Shown here piece after piece: positions 58,094 through 64,000 of a stretch of DNA of 64,000 bases. A program made the translations under genes and the position numbers. The stretch comes from Pseudomonadota bacterium (lineage in GTDB: Bacteria; Bdellovibrionota; Bdellovibrionia; Bdellovibrionales; Bdellovibrionaceae). The DNA is taken from positions 219,643-283,642 of the forward strand of contig JBEGVH010000006.1 in NCBI GenBank assembly GCA_041178425.1. Reading direction: 5' to 3'. Below the pieces are notes generated by a model. It had not been told where the DNA came from. It did not search any database and worked only from the letters and a program-made list of their open reading frames with translations. Numbering within the stretch: position 1 is the stretch's first letter; every line of letters starts with the position of its first letter.

Positions 58094-59211
58094 TCCAATC
58101 CATTGATCGCCTCTGGATCCATAATGAAAGTAAAGACTCTGAACTCATTCAGAGATTAGTTGCGTTGTTTCCGAATAACAAAATAACTTTTGTTGACTCT
58201 CAACCTCTCATCGAAAGTAGCGGAGAGATGTCGGCACGCCAATACAACCAAAGCAAACGAGAACTATTTATCACCCCTTTTCGGGGCCAGTTTTTCAAAC
58301 GCTGCCCGGGAGCGTCTCAGAAAAAAACCCTCACCTGCTGCAACTACCATATCCTTAATCTCGGCCAACAATGTAATATGAACTGCAGCTACTGTTATTT
58401 ACAGAGCTACCTTAACACCCCGGTTATGACGATTTATTCAAACATTGAAATGGCCCTTGCTGAATTAGAAGAAATGACACCGTCCAAAGGCACGATGGCA
58501 CTCCGAGTGGGCACCGGCGAGGTGATCGATAGCCTCAGTCTTGACCCCCTCACGCTATACTCCCGAAGGCTCATTGAATTTTTCAACCAGCACCCGAACT
58601 GGGTTCTTGAATTTAAAACCAAATCCGCCAACGTAGATCAATTTCTCGATTGCCATCACAAGGGTAACACGGTCGTCAGTTGGTCGATCAACCCTCAAGC
58701 CGTCATCACCCACGAAGAGCACGGCACAGCGACTCTCGAGGAGCGCTTGGCAGCGGCTGAACGCTGTGTTCAAAAAGGCTTTCCTGTTGCTTTCCATCTT
58801 GATCCGATGATTTACCACCCCGAATGGCAAAACAATTACGAAAACCTCATTCGCGAACTAACGTCGCGTTTTAAACACAAAGACCTCCATGGTGTCACCA
58901 TCGGCACATTGCGTTTTCAACCTGAACAGCGACACATGATGAGAGAACGATTCGGCATGAAGAGCTGGGTCACACAAGCTGAAATGTTTCCTTCGGAGAG
59001 TGGAAAAATTCGCTACGATTCTCAGTTGCGAACAACAATGTTTCGCTTCGCTGTCGACACGTTTAAAAAATATTCTGATTGGCCCGTCTCCCTCTGTATG
59101 GAGACGCCCGAATCATGGATTGCGACTTACGATAAAATGCCTTCGCAAATGGAAGAGTTCAAAGCTACCTACCGCCCTCTACGAGCAACCGCGCCAACAG
59201 CGACGCCTTAG
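58078..59211 (+). CDS. Spore photoproduct lyase-like radical SAM protein
   Basis: CNMNCSYCYLQ, GTGE..DSL, EFKTKS, SWSINP and LCME motifs. Confidence 0.88.
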   Translation: MVEKLVQSIDRLWIHNESKDSELIQRLVALFPNNKITFVDSQPLIESSGEMSARQYNQSKRELFITPFRGQFFKRCPGASQKKTLTCCNYHILNLGQQCNMNCSYCYLQSYLNTPVMTIYSNIEMALAELEEMTPSKGTMALRVGTGEVIDSLSLDPLTLYSRRLIEFFNQHPNWVLEFKTKSANVDQFLDCHHKGNTVVSWSINPQAVITHEEHGTATLEERLAAAERCVQKGFPVAFHLDPMIYHPEWQNNYENLIRELTSRFKHKDLHGVTIGTLRFQPEQRHMMRERFGMKSWVTQAEMFPSESGKIRYDSQLRTTMFRFAVDTFKKYSDWPVSLCMETPESWIATYDKMPSQMEEFKATYRPLRATAPTATP

Positions 59212-59243
59212 GTTACTGGAGGAGATAGCGCTCAAACATAAAT

Positions 59244-59873
59244 TCATCGGTTACTTTGCAACCCATCCAGGTATTGCAACAAGTCCGCCGACACGGGGGC
59301 ATTGAATAGTTCGTGGCCTCTCATACCCGATGTATCTCTCGAAGACATCATTTTGACTGGATAGAATGTTAATTGGTAACCAGCCAAGCGATTCCTAATA
59401 TAGGCGGGATCCCCATGCTTATGTGGCGGAACAAACATCTCTCGAATGTAATCAATGAAAGGAGTGGCGCGCGGTGCATTCTCAAAGTCGAAATCGAACA
59501 CATACCCATCGGCCGCAACAAAGGCATGATAACCCCAGTTGGCTGTGCCGATATCTCTCTCAGGTGAACCTTTAGGTGGATTTGGCGAAATAATACGTCC
59601 CTGTTCTCTCGCTTTGACAGCCGCAACTAAACCAAAGTTCGTCATTCCTTTATTTTCTAATTGAAGAAGATAGGTCCCTTGAAGATTAATACCTTCTCTG
59701 ATGGCATACCTAACAAAGTTTTCAGCATTTTGGCCGCACCTGTTTGCTTGGTATAAGGAACCCCAGTAATTAGCTATGAACAATCGATTAAGTGCATCGA
59801 CATCGGCCGCATGAGCCAAGTGAAATGCCAAGAAAACCAACGAGAAAAAAATAGCATTAAGTTGTCTGATCAT
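59244..59873 (-). CDS. Secreted papain-fold protein (NTAQ1/glutamine deamidase-like)
   Basis: Signal peptide; CGQN, WGYH and VFDFD (Cys-His-Asp). Confidence 0.6.
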   Translation of the reverse strand: MIRQLNAIFFSLVFLAFHLAHAADVDALNRLFIANYWGSLYQANRCGQNAENFVRYAIREGINLQGTYLLQLENKGMTNFGLVAAVKAREQGRIISPNPPKGSPERDIGTANWGYHAFVAADGYVFDFDFENAPRATPFIDYIREMFVPPHKHGDPAYIRNRLAGYQLTFYPVKMMSSRDTSGMRGHELFNAPVSADLLQYLDGLQSNR

Positions 59874-60177
59874 TAAAAAGCCTCCTGAGAGCAAAACCAA
59901 TGACTCCCATCAACCTACAAGGCCGCTCCGCATCTGTTAAAACATGGTTCTTTCTTTTGAAAATTTGTCATGAACTAGCTAAACAAATGAGTACTCACCA
60001 GTGAGTTTATGGAGGAACCAGCCTAGCAGTTTTTTCAAAACCTTTCTTCGCCATTTACCTCTTGAAATCTCACTTATAAACTCTCCCGCCAACTCGTGTA
60101 AAACTCACCTTGTTGGTGTGAAAAAGGAAATCAATCTGAATAGCGAACAGGCAATAAATAAAATCAGGAACCAATCG

Positions 60178-60803
60178 ATGAAGTTCACCTTTTTAAAAAT
60201 TACAGCTGTTATTCTTTTTTGTGTTACATTCAATCTGGCTCAAGCTGCCGACATCAATGCTCTCAATGCACTCTTTACAGACACTTTTTATGGGTCTTTT
60301 TATCGCCCTTTACAATGTGGTCAAAACGCCGAAAATCTCCTTCGACTCGCGATCACCAAGGGGATTAAGCTCGACAACACTTATGTCATAAAACTTGAAA
60401 ATAAGGGCTATTCTAATTTTGGATTAGTTGGAGCTCAGAAGGCTCGTGGGCGGGGCCATTAATTACCCCTCCTCCAGCCGAAGAATTTCCTCCCTATGAG
60501 CCCGGCAAGGCTAATTGGGGATTTCATGCCTTTGTAGTTGCTGATGGCTATGTGTTTGATTATGACTTCGAAAATGTTCCACGAGCGATAGCTTTTTTTG
60601 ACTATCTTCGAGAGATGTTTGTTCCTTTAACAAAACTTCAGGATGCACGCTTTTTTTATGAACTACAGACGGACTACGAGATCACTTTTTTCCCTCTAAA
60701 AAAGTCTCTGTCCATAACAAGCTCAAATCCAGAGCTTGAGAATCTTTTCGACCAACCTATCTCTTCTAATTTGCGCCAATACCTTGAAAGTCTAAATCGC
60801 TAG
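60178..60803 (+). pseudogene. Frameshifted paralog of 59244-59873
   Basis: CGQNAEN..LENKGYSNFGLV in one frame, ANWGFHAFV..DGYVFDYDFEN in another; one base missing near 60450-60460. Confidence 0.8.
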
Positions 60804-60927
60804 AGATCTTCGTAACTAATTACCTGTCTCAAAATCAAACGCGGAGCCAAATAACGTTTTTTTGGTGTTTTAAGATGAGTCACCCTCCTTCATTAAAGAT
60901 ACTACTGTGAGTCTCCGATAAGCTTTA

Positions 60928-61551
60928 GTGGACATTTTATTAACGAACCAATTGAAGTATTTCTTCTCTGCACTTGTACTTATCATGAGCGATCTAAGCT
61001 TCGCTGGCTCAACGACTATTCCCTTATCTGGAACAGCCTCAGGGTTTGTAAATCCTGCCTACATAAACCCCGGCGACGCGACTAAGATTGTAACCTATAA
61101 TGGCGTACAGACGACTTGTGGATCTTGGACAGGTACAACTTGCGATGCACCCAAAATAATGATTACAGACTCTGCACCATTTGCATCAGACTTATTTGCC
61201 TCCCATAAGAATGTTTGGATTTCCCCTGGGGATCCCAGCGATTTCTGTTATTACGCATCCAAAGGCACCGATATTGCGACACCAACAACAAATGGAACAA
61301 GCTCATGGACAGCCACGGTAACAATCATTTCGGTCGGATTCGGAGGTACTCGCCCATCATCCACGAATGGTCCATTTGCTCAGGATCTCGGTAGCTACAT
61401 TCGCTACTGGAGTGTCATCGATATGGGAGTAATGAATCCTCCACACCACTCTCAATACCCTGGACCCTATACCTCTAATTTTGGATATGCTCTCAGCTAC
61501 TCGGATGGAAAAACCTTTAGCCCCGCGAAAATTGACTGTGCTTACTGGTAA
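60928..61551 (+). CDS. Secreted Thr/Ser/Gly-rich hypothetical protein (start possibly TTG 60952)
   Basis: Signal-like N-terminus ending SFA; 4 Cys; upstream TAAA-N16-TCCGATAA resembles a sigma28 promoter. Confidence 0.65.
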   Translation: MDILLTNQLKYFFSALVLIMSDLSFAGSTTIPLSGTASGFVNPAYINPGDATKIVTYNGVQTTCGSWTGTTCDAPKIMITDSAPFASDLFASHKNVWISPGDPSDFCYYASKGTDIATPTTNGTSSWTATVTIISVGFGGTRPSSTNGPFAQDLGSYIRYWSVIDMGVMNPPHHSQYPGPYTSNFGYALSYSDGKTFSPAKIDCAYW

Positions 61552-61554
61552 AAA

Positions 61555-61582
61555 AAAAGGAGTGGCTTTCGACACTCCTTTT
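61555..61582. terminator. Bidirectional intrinsic terminator
   Basis: AAAAGGAGTG-GCTTTCGA-CACTCCTTTT between convergent genes. Confidence 0.85.
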
Positions 61583-61604
61583 GAATCATCATTTAAAATT
61601 CAGA

Positions 61605-61913
61605 TTAGAAGCTCACTGGGCAGTGGTAAGCTTTAAGAACACAATATCCACCCAAACCAGAAGTCCCACGGTTAAGAGTCTTAATAACCACTGTGTTTGC
61701 GCCTGCTTTTTCAGCTTTTTTCTTTGCGCGATAGAGAGCAACGCGAGTGCCGTCCATTGATTTACCATAACCTGCATTGCCTTCAAAAAGACCAACTGAG
61801 TGGCAAGCTGAAGTGATTGCAGAATCTTTAACGATCTCTACTGCACCAAAACTGACTGTTGCAAAACCAAGAATGGCCGCAAAAGCGATAGCTTTAACGA
61901 TAGTGTTTTTCAT
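61605..61913 (-). CDS. Small secreted protein (DUF4156-like)
   Basis: Signal peptide; C..VG, AEKAGANTVV and AYHCP motifs; AGGAG RBS. Confidence 0.7.
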   Translation of the reverse strand: MKNTIVKAIAFAAILGFATVSFGAVEIVKDSAITSACHSVGLFEGNAGYGKSMDGTRVALYRAKKKAEKAGANTVVIKTLNRGTSGLGGYCVLKAYHCPVSF

Positions 61914-62132
61914 ACTTTCTCCTTTTGTTTGCCTCTGAGAATCGCTCTCTGTGCCCTTTTCATGGCGCTGACGACTTTCAAGAAGCGGATTTATTGCACT
62001 CTATTATCAAAGATACATTCAAAAGCAACACCTTTTTAAATCTTTCATACAACTCAGTGCTTCGCCTTTGAGATAGAGATTGAGTTCAAAAGAAAGACTC
62101 GCTAGCTTGATTTCAAAGGAGAATTTTCAAAA

Positions 62133-63182
62133 ATGTTGATAGATGATTTAGCTTTCTTAAAGTCCGTTGGATTGACAGCTGGAGTTTTTCTTATTTTTGC
62201 CATTGGCTCCTTTTTTGTTTGGCGTCACATTAATCGAAAATTAATTCTCTGGAGCCAAAAAACAGAGTCTGATTTTGACGACAAATTGATCGCATCCCTT
62301 CAAACACCACTTAAACTTATTGTCTTGAGCTTCTCCTTGGGGGCCAGCTTACGAATTTCTCCAATTGAGCACGAAATCCAAGAATCTCTCATTTTGACAG
62401 TTAAGATCATGGCTATTCTTTCCATGTTCTGGTCCGCATCAAGAGCACTGACTGCGTTCATTCACTCAGATCGGGTGCCATCGACCCTCTCAGATAGCTC
62501 GAGAATTCTCATTAAAACCATTTCTAAAGGCATAGTCTACTCGATTGGCTTGCTGATTGTACTCGATACCCTTGGGATCTCAATCACTCCTCTCCTTGCC
62601 TCTCTGGGCGTCGGTTCCGTCGCCGTAGCCCTTGCAGCTCAAGAAACATTGAGTAATCTTTTCAGTGGTTTTTATATCCTCTTGGATCGCCCATTTCGCA
62701 TCGGAGACTGTATCAAGCTTGATGGCGGCGTCGAAGGGTTCGTTACTAAAATTGGCTGGAGAAGCACTCATATTAGACTATTTGCCAATAATGTTGCCGT
62801 ACTTCCGAACTCAAAAATAGCGGGCTCGATTATTACGAATTATGATTTCCCTGAGAGCGACACAACCGTTGTGGTTCCGGTGAGCACCGCATACGAATCA
62901 GATCTTAAGTTTGTTGAACAGGTTGTTCTCGAAGTCGCATTTTTAGTGCAAAACACGTCACCTATTGGCTCTAAACTAGCTCCACCAACGATGGTTTTCA
63001 CACAGTTTGCTGACTTCGGGATTAATTTTAATGTAGTGCTGAGAGTTCAAAAATACACCGACAGCAATTTGATGAAGCACGAATTCATCAAGGCACTACA
63101 CGCACGATTCAACCAAGAGGGAATCTCGATTCCCTACCCGCAACAGGTGATTCAACTTGCTGGAAAATCTCTTCCTCAATAA
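62133..63182 (+). CDS. Small-conductance mechanosensitive channel (MscS family)
   Basis: LASLGVGSVAVALAAQ, RPFRIGD, IGWRST, PNS and GISIPYPQ motifs. Confidence 0.94.
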   Translation: MLIDDLAFLKSVGLTAGVFLIFAIGSFFVWRHINRKLILWSQKTESDFDDKLIASLQTPLKLIVLSFSLGASLRISPIEHEIQESLILTVKIMAILSMFWSASRALTAFIHSDRVPSTLSDSSRILIKTISKGIVYSIGLLIVLDTLGISITPLLASLGVGSVAVALAAQETLSNLFSGFYILLDRPFRIGDCIKLDGGVEGFVTKIGWRSTHIRLFANNVAVLPNSKIAGSIITNYDFPESDTTVVVPVSTAYESDLKFVEQVVLEVAFLVQNTSPIGSKLAPPTMVFTQFADFGINFNVVLRVQKYTDSNLMKHEFIKALHARFNQEGISIPYPQQVIQLAGKSLPQ

Positions 63183-63185
63183 GGC

Positions 63186-63578
63186 CTAAGCAGGAACATC
63201 TTCAACAGGCAGAGGTCTTTTAAAGGCCTCTCGTCCAAGGGGCTTCAGTCCATGTTTTCTGCGAGCCTCATCACAACGGGGCCGATGAATACCGTCTTCG
63301 TAGGATGCCAGGAAATTTCGACACGGTGATGGGCGATGGGAGTAAATCGAACAACTGACGAAGTCGCCGATCTTACCAGTGAGAGCGGCACAGACCGGAC
63401 GATGTTTTCGATCGGTGCCTTTCATGGATTTCCAAGAAGCGCCACCATCCTCGGTTAATTCTTGAGGCACCTTCCAGGGACCACCTGACTGCAATTCTTT
63501 TAAATGAAAAGACACCCTGAACGAAGCACAACAGGCACCACATTTTTGACACGGATGAACTGATTCTTTTGCACTCAT
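63186..63578 (-). CDS. YkgJ-family cysteine-cluster protein
   Basis: CQKCGACCASFRVSF, CSIYSHRPSPCR and CDEARRKHGL motifs. Confidence 0.88.
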   Translation of the reverse strand: MSAKESVHPCQKCGACCASFRVSFHLKELQSGGPWKVPQELTEDGGASWKSMKGTDRKHRPVCAALTGKIGDFVSCSIYSHRPSPCRNFLASYEDGIHRPRCDEARRKHGLKPLGREAFKRPLPVEDVPA

Positions 63579-63932
63579 AACCCAATAATGCTGGATTCTT
63601 GACAAAAGAAAAGGGTACCACAAAAAAACTAGACCCCCCGGGGACGACCCCAGGGACGGAGTCAAAATACCCAATTCAATTCACCATTCCACTCTCATCA
63701 AATCTTTCCTGAATTGTTTTCGAACCACATGATCCTATTTTTTAAAAGAATGATTGAGTTTAAAGGAAACTGCTTTATTTCAAACAGAGAAGAAAAAGAT
63801 TTTCATTTCACATTTAAATATATCGAGAAATTCAAGTCTTTTTCTCGGAATTTAATTGCACCCATCCATTGCGAGCTATCCCTCATCGCGCTCGCTGGGT
63901 AATTTTGTAAAAATAGAATCGATACATTCACT

Positions 63933-63998
63933 CTACGTCGAATCGCTGAGGCGACTCGCACTTTCAAACTCTGCCGCCGATAGTGGCTCTGCTAAGTG
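63933..63998 (-). CDS. Possible 3' end of a gene entering from the right edge
   Basis: Open frame HLAEPLSAAEFESASRLSDST* up to the window edge; too short to identify. Confidence 0.3.
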   Translation of the reverse strand, partial: HLAEPLSAAEFESASRLSDST

Positions 63999-64000
63999 AA

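Noticed and set aside
61915..61990. Glycine or c-di-GMP riboswitch-like fragments upstream of 61605-61913
   Set aside because: CTCAG and GGCAAAC words occur, but the required motifs and helices cannot be assembled.

Overview
Bacterial chromosomal window. The many Sec-signal/lipoprotein hypotheticals, secreted proteases, L,D-transpeptidases and system II cytochrome c biogenesis genes suggest a Bdellovibrionota-like organism (inference only). Bases 1-~4320 are a visibly AT-richer accessory block. It holds three copies of a 29-aa amphipathic peptide gene missed by the ORF track: one intact, one with ATG>ATT, one frameshifted. The intact copy has a divergent candidate sRNA carrying a 16-nt perfect antisense match, i.e. 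a putative type I toxin-antitoxin family. 7.1-19.8 kb holds an unusual tryptophan-catabolic cluster: TDO, KynB coupled to PurT, an LLM monooxygenase, a two-subunit 2-aminophenol 1,6-dioxygenase, aminomuconate-semialdehyde dehydrogenase, RidA deaminase, SDR and a class-3 asparaginase homologue with altered metal ligands. No kynureninase, 3-HAA dioxygenase or ACMSD is present in the window, which suggests an undescribed route. The rest is housekeeping (clpS-clpA, htpX, nrdAB with tandem NrdR boxes, ccsAB, trxA, MscS) plus many secreted unknowns. Other notable items: a covarying 87-nt structured repeat in two copies, an FrpC-SPM-like lipoprotein split by one in-frame UGA, paired secreted NTAQ1-like enzymes, and a recurrent 17-bp intergenic palindrome near sigma54-like promoters. 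No rRNA, tRNA, CRISPR, integrase or transposase was seen. All calls come from manual motif recognition; no database searches were run.
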